NCBI GenBank assembly: GCA_976226885.1
Contig: OZ320317.1
Span: 34,100,001-34,164,000 of the forward strand
DNA length: 64,000 nt
Direction: 5' to 3'
From: Iphione sp. A-MEVVRFRX5
Taxonomy: Eukaryota
Part shown: positions 50,201 to 64,000 of the stretch, one piece after another
Layout: each line of letters opens with the position of its first letter
Numbering within the stretch: position 1 is the first letter of the stretch
Notes under the pieces: model-generated
What the model saw: the letters and a program-made list of their open reading frames with translations, nothing else
Told to the model about the DNA's origin: nothing
Databases searched by the model: none
Position numbers and translations under genes: made by a program

Positions 50201-51753
50201 CATGCAATCATTCTCCGTTTTTACTGGGTGTAATGCTTAATAAAAAGACTGGTTATTGTGGTCAGGCAGTTGAAAGAAGAAGGTAGTTCCTCGGACAAAT
50301 CCTTATTCTTTCGTGTCTGGTCAACATGATTTTGACATTTGAAATCGTTGAGCTGGCACAGTAGGGCCAGATTTTTGAGTAATAGCTATGTACAGAATCT
50401 GTATAATACTTAAAAAGAGAATATGTATAACACAAACAGAGAACATCCTTGCAAAAAAAGCCAAGGTAACATCAAGTAAATGCCTCAGATTCTTACTTGA
50501 AAATGCAACATTTCAATTTGTATGCTTGCTAGTATGTGTGATAACCTGTTTGTGATGTCTGATGCTAATTATTAGTGCTTAGTGTTGTTGCACCGACAAG
50601 GCGATTATGACGCCAACCTCAGCAGGGTAAGATAATTGGAAGGAATATAAAAAGAGTCCAAGTGTTACATGCCTATAACAGTGATTGACTCATTTCTTCG
50701 ATGGAAAACTGGTATTTTCGCCAACGTGAGACCAAAGATCGGGTTAGAGCAGTATTGATTCATGGATGCATCAATAATCTGTTTATGTATGTAGGCTGTG
50801 GAAAAAAAACTTTCAGAAAGTACAGCAGTTCCGCGAGAATCTGCGCAAATTTTGAAATCCAAGTTGCTATTTCATTGACTTTTTTACCCTCACTATTAAT
50901 TCTATTAATTCTATTCGCCTATCTATATAGGTTTATGATATGAGCACGGAGGAGTGAAGTTTTCTTCTTTACGATGCGTAACTATATTGACATGAAGCAT
51001 GTTGTCGTTAAATTTGTAACTCATTTGATTGTCATCTGCGGCATCCGCTGTCATCATAGCCATCCCCATGTAAAGCTTCTGTTTGCTGCTATTAGGACGG
51101 AGGACGCCTCTTCCTCGGACGCTGCGTCTCCCTAATCCCTGCGTTCGCTAGTGCCTCAATATGTCGCGGCGGGGCGCTTTCATCTTTCGGCGGCGGAGAG
51201 ACAAACTCATTCCGCCCCCGAAAATTGCGGCGCCAGATAAGCCTTCCCTCTCGCCAGTACGCTTAATTTGTTTCATTTTTCTGTTTCCCGCGCAGGCAAC
51301 ACTCTCTCGCTTCGTGCATTTTCCGAGCGACTACATGTGGGGAATGATGAGAGTGTCAGAGGAGGCCAAGTTTCATCGATCTACTTTTTGTAAGTGTGAT
51401 CGTTGCTATATGATATTAAATGAGGAGAAGAGCCTCTTGCTAGTTCTACTCACATCATAGGTATGCAACTAAGTATGGACAATTAATCTCATGTTAAAAA
51501 CTTGAATGTGTAGAGTCGCATTACTGAACTACATGCACAACTGTGGGTATACACAGACTTGATGTCGAATTTATGACATGTCATTCATTGCAAACCTTTA
51601 CACTGGAAACAAATTGTTTTAAAATAATAATGTGTTGATACTGAGTACAAATGATACATAATTAACACCCTGGAAAAGCTGATATCAATGGTAGTACCTT
51701 CATAAATTATACTCACAGGCAGTTCTGCCGAATATGTAGCACACAAATGAATA

Positions 51754-51970
51754 TACAGGGGAACCCCTGATTACGGATGCCCGGCCACAGCGGACGCCCC
51801 CTGTAGACAACGGATGCCCTGGCGCCAGTCTGCAGCAAAAACCCTCTATATCATGTCTGATGGCGCCCAGGCACAGCGGACACTCGGATACAGCGGACAA
51901 CCCGACTTCGGACACTCTTTGTACAGTCCCAAACACTGATTTTACAGGGTCTACAGCGGACACACACGGT
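51754..51970 (+). mobile_element. 5' part of a Tc1/pogo-type MITE
   Basis: TA + CAGGGGAACCCCTGATTACGGA TIR-like start, followed by several CGGAC(A/G)C / CAGCGGACAC subterminal repeats. No matching right TIR seen. Confidence 0.5.
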
Positions 51971-54900
51971 TGATGGGCGTCACACCTCCGGTAGAGCCGG
52001 TAGAGGCGCGAACCTCTCCTTCTCACCCTGGAGGAACGGTTCTTTATCTTTATTGTATAATTTACATTTACTTCAAATCTACAGGTTGTGCGATATTACT
52101 CCAGTAAAGAGTTGTGTTCTTGCAATACTAGCAAATTATACGACGCCTAAAGAACTATTATCAAAATGGTAAAGATTGATCCGAATTATGATACATGACT
52201 ATGTATGTGTTAGAGTTACTCCATCTGCTTTCAAAATGATGCGTGCACTTCAACTCCGTAATAGAATAATTGTTCTATTTTAAGAACGGTGCCCCAAACT
52301 AAGAATGAGTAGTAACCAAGGTTTGTGTCCGCCTACTTGAATGTGAGTATTTTCTTAATACATTTGCATTAATTAGCTGTATGATACAGATGTCTTCGTA
52401 GCCTGCGAAAGATGGGCCTTACTTGGTCCGGCTGAAAAGAGAAGTATATCTATCTTTTATAATATTTTTTCTGCCTCCATTACAAATTAGATCATGATTG
52501 TTGGTTCAATGGATGTTGGATAAAGGGACCAATCATGGGGATATGACAGTACAATGTAGCCTCCATTTTGATAGCAGATTGGCAAAGGAAATAAGCTATT
52601 TGTCTTAGTTTCGAGTGATTGGGAACTTCTTGCAAACATATACTACATCTCTTCCCCGAAAGAAACTCGCTTAGTGATATTTATTTCGATCCACCACCCA
52701 CTGGCGCCCGATTGCTTACTGTCCCTTGTTGTAAGCCTAGACTATACATACCTACATGTAGATTGTTAGCCCAAGGCCCTCTCTGAGTCGTTGTTTCTTC
52801 CTTTGTCTGTAGCTGTCTGTGTACGAACTTGGTATTGGCGAATCACTGCACATCATTACGGTTCTGTTTATTAAACGAGGAATTTTGCTACTGTCGAATT
52901 ATAATTACACGAAACAATTTTCAATACCCCTGTTTATTGATCTCCCTACCTCACACTGTTCTCCATTGTCCATTTCCGTTTCTCACTTTGTTTCTCTGTT
53001 TCCGTTATTGCCATCCTACTTCTCTCTTCCCAACCGTCATTCTATATTTATGAAATTAAGCGCAGTTCTATTTCTCAAATGCACATCCAGCTGGTTCAGA
53101 CTTAACTTCTTCACATACAACGAAAAGCTGTTAATTGATTCAAGCAATCAAATGTACTCTGGAGGGTTACCTTTCATTCGAGTATTCCCCTTTCAGAATC
53201 ACAGCGCAAACAGTCAAAGAACAACTAAAATAAAATGGATAATCCCTCAAAGGATTGAATTGCACAACACAACACTTTCGATAGCATTTCAAATCAGACA
53301 ATTTAATTGATAGTTCATCCTGGATTACATTCACTTGAGAGGCACTTTCCCTGATAACTTACTGCTTCAAACAACTTCCGTGGAAGCCAGAAACAACTGC
53401 TATCATTTTTGCAGAGAACGCACGGAGGTACACATTTTCATAGACATACGCTACCAAACGGTCAGACAGAGAAAGTAGACTTATACGGAAACAACGTCAA
53501 GTATGACATCACATAGTTTTATTATATTTGAAGGTACGTTGATGCAAACAAACATCACGTACTTGCGTATATAAAAGCACATAAATACCATAACATTTAT
53601 TGAGACAATGACTGAAGTTCCCATCTTCCGTTGCCATGGCCCGACACAGACAAACGTACAAACACAAATACTCGCTTTCCCTCAAGCTCTACTTAAATGG
53701 CCAGTACAATGCCATTTGGACCCTGTCATTGTCATTCCCCTGGGCTGAGTCAATTAAATCCTGGCTGAATGACTCTGCAAGTAGTCTCAGAAAGGCCCCC
53801 TCAACTGCTCATTAGCGCTCATCATGTGCCCCAGTGTTTACATTGCTCTCAGTCGCCAGTGGCGCTGGTTGTGAACAGGGAAAGTGGCGGGAGGCTATAT
53901 AGGGAGAGATGCTACTCACTCATAGCAACTATATATAGGAAGGGCCTACGAGCACACTGAGGTGTATGTCTGTGAGTAAGGGTAGAAAGAGGTAGGAGAA
54001 GAAAGTTCATAGAGATAAAGATATAAAAACAGATGAGAGAAAGACGATAGATGCATACAGAGAAAGGAAAGAAGACTGACAGGAGAGGAAGATGAGTCGA
54101 CAGAGATGGGGGACGAATGGAGTAGGGAGGAGGACTAAAGTCACAGGAATAAAGTTCAAGATTAAGGTGAGGGATCAGGGGAGAGTTAGAGAGAAGGACA
54201 TAGATTAAGAACGGCTTGAGCGACAAAAAAAAACGGATTGAGAATAAGAGGGTGGCAAGAGGAATACGAGAAGCAACATCTGGCTAGAAGGTCGAAGCTT
54301 TATATGGATAAGCCACATATATATAGCCTGTTGCTTTCAGAGCGACGGTTGACAAACACTTTAACGTGGCCCTGAGGTCGGGAACCCATTCTGAGCTGAG
54401 CTGGCCAAGGCTGGAATATATATACGACCTATCGAGAAGCTCCTCACGTTACTATTAACATCATTAAATGGCCGGAGAGACATGAACGTATGCATACAGC
54501 AAATGTCTGAGGCGCTCAGGGAAGTGAAGCTTTTAACACATCATTACTTATGAAAGATCACCCATACAGGACCGAGCACTCAGGTAGCACCCTGGCATGA
54601 CAAAAACACATGTAGGGGACAGAAAAAGGACAAGTACTCAGGTGTACACACGCAAGCTGAGATACATCCATCACATACTTCCACAGCAAGAACTTTGAAG
54701 GACATGCACATGTATGTACACACAAAGAGCATCACGAACGTAGTCCGTAAAAAAAGTGTTCTCTCACAGACATGCATATGTACCGAGGGAGAGGGCGCCA
54801 ACACACATAGCCGTTGCAGTTTAGAGTTCTATTATTAATATGGACACTTGCTATTGACTACATAAAGATATACGACTCGACATCAGTGGGGACAAACCAA

Positions 54901-56654
54901 CCGTGGTTTGTTTTTTACCTCAGCAGCCTTAATGTGGTCCAAGCTTTATACCGTAAGTTCTTTGATGTTTAATACCGTTGCTACGAGGAATGAACGTGAA
55001 AGTCCCTGTCCTCTTCTGAAGAGTTTCTCCCACACTCGTGTCTCGTTCATGATAGGATGTAAGTAGCCTCACATCCTTATCTACAGAATTATACATATTA
55101 GTTATGTCGTTGAACCAGGGACGACATATATTTCCATTCCAGTCACAAGAGTGAACAAGTTATTATTAGAATAGGGCTCCCCCGACGTTAACCTTGCCAG
55201 GAGAAATCTTTTAGCATTTGCCGATCTACACATCACAACTATACATCAATATACGTTCAGTTATCACAATCAGGAACAATCACCTGATAAACCCTCCTCT
55301 ATACATACCCTCTTCTTATCATTATTTGAATCCTAAAAAATGTCGTAACATAAAGTGTAACTATTACGTACTGAAACTCCTTAAATTTGAGGAACAAAGG
55401 TTTTCGTTGTCGTGACGTGTAATTGACGCGCGCGCACACACAAATTCATATCTGTCCGATTGTGAGCAATGAGACTGTTAGAGTAGGGATCAATAAAAAA
55501 CTACACATAATGGCCAATCTTTTTCATACGACCTGACACAGGTGATGCAGCATGTGGCCAGTAACGGAACGTTCACTGACACTCATAGACTCTAATATAA
55601 CTTCATGAAAGATCAATCACACCATGCCACATGAATGACAAAAACCACAACCCTAACATACACACAGAGGCAACTTGGTAAAACTCCTTTCAATCGATTC
55701 CTGGTAAGAGCGTATACTCAATTACAGGGACGCGCAGGCGCGCGCAACCGGAAGCACTCACACAAGATTTGTTTCAAGATGCGATCAATTGCACTATCAT
55801 ACATATCAAACCTTCGTGTGCAAAAAGGCGGCCTTTTCATATAAAAGCGTGGTAGGCTGATGAATGTATTGATGGTGAACAATGCCATTAATGCAAACGA
55901 GGGGGGCAGAAAGAACCACAGATTGGAGGGACGGGAAAGGCTTTCGGAGAGACGGGTATAAAAAAAGAGGCAAGAAGGCAAGTTGGATGCCAGGTTAGAA
56001 AGAGAGACAATTCTCGGGAAGCGTCGGGTCATATCAAATAGAGACAAAAAATATCCTAGCTGTACGTGACACAAAATATTGAAGCAATTTGAAGAACAGA
56101 GATAATGAAGGTGTGGCAAGACAAAAAGGAAGAAAGAAAAAGTGAAGCCGAAGCAGAATGCGCTTAGACAGACTTACATTGAAGGAGGATGTTCAAAGGG
56201 ATAGAGAATGGGAGAAAGAAACGAGAAGAGGGATATTGTCTAAGCTAGTTGGCCGTCAATGCAGGGGCAGCTCTGTTTCTCTTTTTGCGGGCCGGGAGTG
56301 TATAACATTTGCGGCCTTCCAGGCTGCAGTCATTGACAACTAGGGTCAATTTCCCTCCCGTTGCACCAATCGCCACCCCTTCCAGCTCATACATGTCAGG
56401 CAAAGCTACTGATAAGGAGGCTTTGGATAGTTCCTGCCTGGAAAAGGCGGTTAGGTTGCGATGATACCGTACGGTGATATGCCAGTTGCCGTTTTGTTGG
56501 CAAATGTCCAATGTCCATCATCACCACCTCGAACACAGACAGACACACACTCACATACACACACCTACTCCCGGTGACGACAAGGTTCTTAGCATCCATG
56601 TAAAAGCCGGTATAGCCAACAGCGCTCCCGCAAGACGTCGCTGTATACATATAT

Positions 56655-56700
56655 GGAACCGGAACCGGAAGTCATATTCAGCCCGGAAGTAGGCCCGAGA
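56655..56700. promoter_or_regulatory. Tandem ETS/GABP-type sites
   Basis: CCGGAAGT at 56665-56672 and 56683-56690, preceded by CCGGAA, in a CpG-richer region. Confidence 0.35.
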
Positions 56701-59700
56701 CGCACAGATGTGCGGCGGTGACCATATTTGGCACCAAACCGGCAGGGGTACCCCTCTCCCCATCTAACACTCATACGCAGATGTAACCCCGAGGGAATGA
56801 GCCAAATATTCTTCATCGTCAGGGGAACATGATCAGAAGGTACATGCGCATACAAGTGGCGCTGCCGCCGGCAATTCTCCGAAATGTCTGTATGATATTC
56901 AGCGTTCATGAATGTATACTAAATCTGCTCGTATTTTAATTGAAGCTGCTTTCGTCTGTTGTATACTCCTCCCGACAAGTCTGTCCTTTTGCCAAGCACA
57001 TACCTGGCTCGTTTTATGTCCTCGTAACTTGTCTAAGAATCGCATACGACGGGCGGATATTTGACCCTGTATGCAGCAGTCACGATTATGAACTGCAGGA
57101 CTGTGAATACACGCAAATTGATAGTCTTAGAGTATCCATGGTAACCGTGGTATATTCGTTAGTGCGAGCCTTTTAGCTTCCCCTTTATCTGTCTCAATAT
57201 CCTCCTTTTCACTTTTGTCTCTCCGGTCTGCATTTGTGTTGGTTTTTGTCCGTCCACTCAGATTCTATCACCATTCTCTCATAGAATCTTTCTGTCTCTT
57301 CGTTTTTTTTTCTCAACCGGGTCATATGTCCGCACAGTGGCGCTGTCAGTAATGGTTGGACGTGACCTGGGCTCTCATGGTATCTGGTAGAAGCCTCCTG
57401 ACGTGTACTTCCTGTCTGTGTCTTCGAGCTAGGGTCTTTATATACATTTTTTGTACATGGCTGACCATTAATGTAAAACCTGACTTGCACAGAAGACAGT
57501 GCAGCTAGGCATAGTGTTACACCCCTAGTAACCATTCATTCGTTGTTGCCGTGTATATGAACAACACAGCAGTAGCGTAATAGGATATAAGTAGAGATTC
57601 GGATATATTCAGAGACAGTTCATGCATGGTACGCAGTTCATTTCCGAAGAAACCTCCATAAAAGTGGTAAATAATCCAACGATAACGGTTGAATGAATAA
57701 TGGGACTGCCTGAAGAATTGCAGTTTATTTTTAAATATCTCGTTTTAATCAGTAGTTATTCAAAATCCCAACATTGATTGCACTGGGATGCAGCCAGGTC
57801 AGAGGAACAGGTATGACATTTGACATATATTATTATTTATTATCACTGTGGAATCTGCCAAGATTCTGCAGGTGTCATAAATGAGCATCTGCTCGTAGTT
57901 AGTGACCATTTTATATTGATTTGAAAAGAACTGCTTTCGCTCGAATCAGGTCAGATAGAACGGAACTACACAAAAGCTAACAAACTAGAACTACAGAAGC
58001 CATGAAATTACAACAGGTGTGACGACTGTTTCTACGTAGCGGGTTATAAGGCGCCACGATTATTTGCAATTCCTAGGCGCCACAATTATCTGTGGATTGT
58101 TTCTGTCCTAAGAACTATACATTATGTGTGTCTATTCCGATAACGATTTACATGAGAGAGACTAACGGCCTCCAAGCCATCACCTAAAGAGCTTCGCTAC
58201 GAAGGAATACGACATGCACGCCCTTTCTCCAGATAACTGAGGAAATAGGTTCGAAACGTGACTGGACTTTGGTCCTCCTATTTGTATGTACACGACATTT
58301 GTAGCGTGCCGTACAGGAAGTGGTTGGGTTGAGGGGTGACAGAGGAGTGTGAAGAAAATGTAACTGAACATAACAAAAGCAATCGGTGTCCTGAATATCA
58401 AAGCTTGGAGCGCATGGAAAAGACAGAGAGAAGAGACAGAATGTTTAAGCTAGGATATTCAGTGAGAGGAGGCAACAGGAAGAAAGGCACAGTGAGCATT
58501 ATAAGAGGATTTGATAGAGTTATCTTTTGTTAAAATTTGCACTAAATTGTTGACTGAAATCAAAATTCAACGGTGAAGAGACTATACCAAAATACAGCCT
58601 TCTGTGGTATGATTTAAATTCTATTAAATGTGCAGACATTTTCGCAAAAATATTACATTGTAAATTTTGCTTTGGCTGTGAGGTAACATACGAATGTCCG
58701 TTTGTACAGAAACGATAGTATGCACTGGCTTTTTCATCATATTTCGAGCCAATCCCAGCCACAAGTAAGGACGCGGTTCTCACCGGGTATTGCCAAATAA
58801 GGCGTTGACCCTTCCAACTACGCCACATAAAGTGATAATGTCTACAGGTCAGTGCCAAATATGGTTATTATAGTCCACGATGAAGATGGAGACCGGTGGA
58901 TGGATGGCTTTTGTGACAGCTGTGGAATGTTTAGAGGCATCAGCTTAAACCTGATGCAAGACATAACCAGAAAAGTTTGCACTGATCTACCGGATCACGT
59001 GGAATTTCGGTCAGCCTGTAGAAAAAACATGTATTCTACCCAAACGATGTAAATTTCGAACCTTCGTCGAGGTCAGTGCCTCTCATAATGACGTCACGTA
59101 CTTCATAATGCATATGTTATAATCGAGACGCATTTTCTGAATTCGAGTGGGTCTTGTACGCATAATCTGAGGATCATCTACTGGAATGGGACTGTTAGTG
59201 ATGGGGAGGAAACGACGGAGCTACTGACGGGCTCATGGGGGTCACAGTGAGGGATAGGGAGAGCTTTCAGTGCAATATACAAGCCAAACGTGCTATCCTT
59301 GACTTAACTTCTCACCATGCATGTATTTATCGATATGTTTTCTCAGATTTATTTTTGTATCAACTGACTTGCTCCATCACTCCTAGGACTTGAATAAAAG
59401 GACAAGAGTGACATGACCTCGTTGAGTAACAGTTTTAATGGTAGCGTAGAACAGCCATAAGAGGCTGTATTCATGGGCAGAAACACCCCTTGACAGAGTT
59501 TGCACAGACGCACCGGGGTTATTCCAATGGTTTTGCCACGTTCTCAACAACAAAGACCAGCCATAATGTATACAGCCTCCAAAGTCAGCACACGATGGGA
59601 CAAGAAAAGGTTGTAAATAAGTAGTTTTATAGATACTACTCCTAGCTCTGTCCATCTATGGGCTTCAAACATCATATGATTCCACTTTGGGTATACTTCT

Positions 59701-62700
59701 GACTAGTTTATCATCAATTTGTAGAGGGTGGCCTTAAGCCATAGCTAGTTGAAGGTAACCAAAGTGCCACGAGTAACGTCAGAGAAGTGAAAAGATAAAG
59801 TAGGCTGCTTAGGCTGACCCTGAGGTTAACTTCGGGCCGGCTGCCAAGACAATGTTGGTTAGTGTTGGGCACGAGTGCCTGCATCATGGGTCTGATGAAT
59901 ACCATGCAGAGTATTAAGTGCACCATCTGTTGTTTACAATCAAATAAACAAACGAACATCTGTGCATTATTGACTGTCACTGATTAGGTTGGTGATGTTG
60001 GAGAAATGCCAGACGATCATCACAGTATTTACATGTAAGAATATCATAATCAAATAAAAAATGTAACAATGAAAGTAATGAAAGTAATTGTGGCTAGTCG
60101 TGTTATTTTAACATTTCAGGTAAAGAGCTGATGTAGTCCCGGGATGTTTCGTAATGTAAAGATGTTAGGTGAATTGCCAAAGCCAATACTGGATCGAAAA
60201 TAGCTTGCTTATATGTGAAGTAAATACATCCCAATACTAAAAGCTAGGAAGGAGAACTTTGGGTCAGTATATCCTACCGACTGGGAAGGAATCTGAATCC
60301 TTGGAGCCTAAAACTTCACCAGGATTAGCACCGCACCTGTAAGGGCAGATGATCTAACCCATCATGGAACTGAACCCTGTCTCCTCGTCATCACCGTGCT
60401 ACACAACGACCAGAAGTGATAGAAAGCATATCATTGATGGAAAAATCCAAGAGAGTATCCTCGCACGACTACAAAACCGCTGATGACCAAAAACAAGCCG
60501 CTTGAAGGTAAGGGAGGAAACTAACATTATACTAGACATAAAAGGATCCCTATAGGGTTCCGGAGAAACAAGTAGCTCTTGCTTCCGAAATGGTCGTAAT
60601 ATTAAACGGATATGTGTGCATGCAAATCCTAAGGCACTCTACACGCAAGTGCTCAGGTGCAAAAATACCACATATATATCTATATGGGAAAGAACTGTAG
60701 AATAAAATCCTGCCCAGAGGTTCCCATAAACGCAGTGGTTTTCATTACTTCCTTTTACTTCATATTTTAAGGTCCAACTATAAAAGTGAGAACTGTATAA
60801 GCTCTATTTTCAAATGCGTATATGTTGTACATGTACGTGCATATGTATGCAGAGATGTATTTTATCACGCAGACAGTAAAAGTGTCCATAGGGCAATAGG
60901 GGGCATGAACGCGTTGGTTAAACCAGTTCTCAACCAAAGACCGTGTGCGATTGGGCAGGTGTGTTTCTTGCCAGGTGACCGCGGGCCATCGACTTCAGGC
61001 ACCAGGTGGCGTTCTGCTCGACCTATCCTCTAGTGGGTGATTTCCGCACCTCCACCCACCTGACATTAACACTACCTTGCGGCAGACTCGAGTATCACAA
61101 CGTGCATGCACGGCGCCCGTGGTTAAGCGAAAAGAAGCGGTAGGGCGTGATGCGGGAAGCGCCCGACAGATGGCGCCAGAGGAGTTTCGTGTTTCCTCGT
61201 AGCCCGGCGACATGACCTTCGCCACACGACGGAACAACCTTCGTGTACGTCCACAGGTATCTGCCAAGAACTATCATCTTACCAGCCAACTTCTACCAAC
61301 TTTCCTAAGCTTCAAGTATTTTTTAATCTACAAACACGCATCTGTATAAATCCATATGGAACTTCATGAGTTCCGTGGAGGCATACGACACCAAAGAAAA
61401 AGGAGACAATAAAAGAGGGAACACGCAAAAGTAAATATGTATGCAAAACTTCCTACAACATAAATAACAAACGACAGAACCTAAATAAAGCGAAAATAGA
61501 TTTTACATGAGAGCTGGGCCGTTCCACAAATTGAATTCTTTTACTCTAAATAAATGTACAAAATGCACAAGATGGACGGTCCGCCTGTCATAGGTCTACT
61601 TTATTGTATCTGCCCCTTAACGACACTCTTTATTTTGCGGCAAAGTCTCTCTCTTGTTTCTCTCTCAAATCTGCTCGGTTTGTACCCTATCTCTTCTTTG
61701 AATGCATTTACAATCCGTTCTCCCTCCTCTTCAGGCCATACCTCCTACAAGCCCAACTATTCTTGCTTCTCCACATCTTTGGTCTTTCTCCCTGCTGTGT
61801 TACCCCTCTATCAGTGACACCATGATGTGTTTTCACGTTATCTTCCCTATACCTTTCCCTCTGCTACCCTTTCCACTTGCTCTGCCTTCATTCCCCACCG
61901 TCCTCATTCCTGATGTAGTCATCGTGTGACGTGTTTTTGGAAAGCGGTATGTCACAATAGGCGCCTGGTGCGATTTATACTTTGTACAATCTGGTTATTG
62001 TTCGTATCGACTTGAAGTCATGAAACCAGCTGCTATAATCCCTCTATGCTCCATATACTATTCTTCGTCAACCATTCATTGAGCAGAGAATTTCCTCTTA
62101 TACTCTCTCGAAGATTGAGACGACCAATCTCAGTAAGAGGTACATACGCACCCATCAAATGGCTTCCACTCCACACATATACATGCAGTTTGAGCGTCCA
62201 GGCGCAGTATCCAGGTCTACATCGGGGCCCTTCATTCAGCCCCCGGTCTACGCTCCCAGCCGCTCCTCCAAAGCCCCAAAGTCTCAACAAAGCCCCGCAT
62301 CAACGGGTGGATAAAGTGTCCTCGGTCTGCATGACCCCATATATTCACACCCTCAATTAAAGCTTCTCAAACGATCCCACAAACCATATCGTACACTTTG
62401 CTCAGCCCTAATCCCAAACCCACTCCGTTTTACATGTATATACATACCGCCCCAATCGCCGTTTGGATATTCATCCTCCGGCCTCCCCCCCCCCACCCCA
62501 CCGGTCGCACACCCATCCTCCCGGCGGGCTGTTCTTGGCAAGCCTGCCTCTAGAATAAGCTACTTACAGCTTGTCCTTAATCAATCCCCCTGATCACAAC
62601 TCACATTTGGAAGGCATTTGATCCAGGCTCCTTGGGCCAAATGAGTATGCGGATCCATGCCACTGGGAAGAGTGGGAAAGTATAGCGACTCTTCCCTCTC

Positions 62701-63966
62701 AACCTGTTCCCGACCTTGCTCCTCCCTCCATTCCGAAGTTTCTTATATCGTCTTTCTAGCCCTGTCGTTTCCAGCCAGTGTGCAAGTCCTTCTCCTCCTC
62801 AAATAATATTCTCCCGCTTCCTACACCTTTTTTCCTCATCCATGTCTGCCGTCCAGCATACTGCATGTACATGTACTTCATCCCGATGTCATTTACAATG
62901 ATTCTCTGCTTAACATTCTTTCTGATCAATCTTCCTTCTTTCTGTCCTTCTACCACCTACACTCGCCACTTACCCTGATTATATTTTTCTCTTCTCTTTT
63001 TATTCTTCTCTCCCGGACGTCCCTTCTCCTTTACCGTGTTTTTGCTTTTTGTAAATCTCATATTATTCTTATATTCCTCATTCTCACTGTGCTAAAAATA
63101 AAGTACATGTACCCTTCCGTTCCCTCGTTACACGTTCTCCTCCCCACCTTTCCCATACCGTCTGTGCACAACATCCAACTGTTTCCCTTTCCTCGACCTT
63201 CTTCTGTTCTAACCTGCTCTTCCCAGTCGTCTTCTTCGGCCCTTGGCATGTTCAGCCCACGTGCTCTTCATCCTTTTTTTCACTACAAGTGTTTTTCCCC
63301 CCTTTGCCTCCCCTTGAAGGCCTGCACGTACACGGTGTCGTTGAAATAAGATCTATGTAGAAATCTATATATTTCTTCAACAGAGCTAGTTACGTGAACA
63401 GGCGCAGCTGTGCTACATTCTTAGCAAACTGCCAGCGGCAGTTCGAGTAAGATTCAACTAGGACGGGATCTTTTGTTAAAGGGAACGTCACGCACACCTA
63501 CGATAGATCAGGTGACTTCTCGTTCCCGTACGACTCCCTCGTGGCTACCTACCTGACACCGTTAGCATATCGTCTAATGCCCGCTGCCATTATATTTCAA
63601 AACGCTGTACCAGCCATGCCTCTGGTCCTTGTAGAATGTTTCAATGTATCTCAGGTTATGAACAGTTTTTGTGTGTGAGAAGCTTAACTCCACCACTGAT
63701 AACCCCATAATCATCATATATAATGCTTTCTTGTCTCAACAAAAATCAAAAACAGAAATACTTGCACTACGAGTGTTCATATTTTAACGAACATGACTAC
63801 AGGAAACCATTTGATAAAAGCAATGTTGCTATTGCATGATATAAACAAAAATAAGGAGACTGCAGGTAAACACAGCATGACCAACGAACGAAGTACCGCA
63901 GATCAGTGCAAGCTGTGGGTCAAGTGTTAAGGTCAGGGAGCATAGAGTGAAGCATCATTCAAAATA

Positions 63967-64000
63967 TACAGTAGAACCACACTTGAAAACCAACCTATGA
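63967..64000 (+). mobile_element. Start of a probable Tc1/pogo-type MITE, truncated by the window end
   Basis: TA + CAGTAGAACC, the typical TIR start of this class. Only 34 nt are visible. Confidence 0.35.

Noticed and set aside
60318-60340. AGGATTAGCACCGCAC, resembling the hairpin core
   Set aside because: Missing the 5' GC of the upper stem and has no complementary lower stem.
374-63349. The many 60-170 aa ORFs in the supplied track outside the LINE
   Set aside because: Many use non-ATG starts or run through microsatellites and purine/pyrimidine tracts (ERER, SLSL); none shows a recognisable domain apart from the remnants listed.

Overview
Eukaryotic, microsatellite-rich, mostly non-coding DNA. 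An animal, probably invertebrate, host is my inference; the host cannot be identified from the sequence. No rRNA, tRNA, CRISPR array or identifiable host gene was found. The dominant feature is an apparently intact, about 7.1-kb non-LTR retrotransposon (CR1/L2/Crack group) on the minus strand, about 18363-25479. In sense order it has: a 5' UTR; ORF1 (coiled coil + L1-type RRM + linker + C-terminal NADAR/YbiA-like domain with substituted active-site motifs); a separate, overlapping SGNH-hydrolase ORF; a 1-kb spacer holding six copies of one RNA hairpin whose lower stems covary; ORF2 (APE endonuclease + reverse transcriptase); and a 3' UTR with AATAAA and A20. The hairpin array together with the NADAR and SGNH cargo is the best candidate for an undescribed system. 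Elsewhere there are decayed transposon remnants, MITE-like ends, simple and tandem repeats, two promoter-like motif clusters and a candidate recursive splice site. All protein and motif similarities were recognised by eye; no database searches were run.
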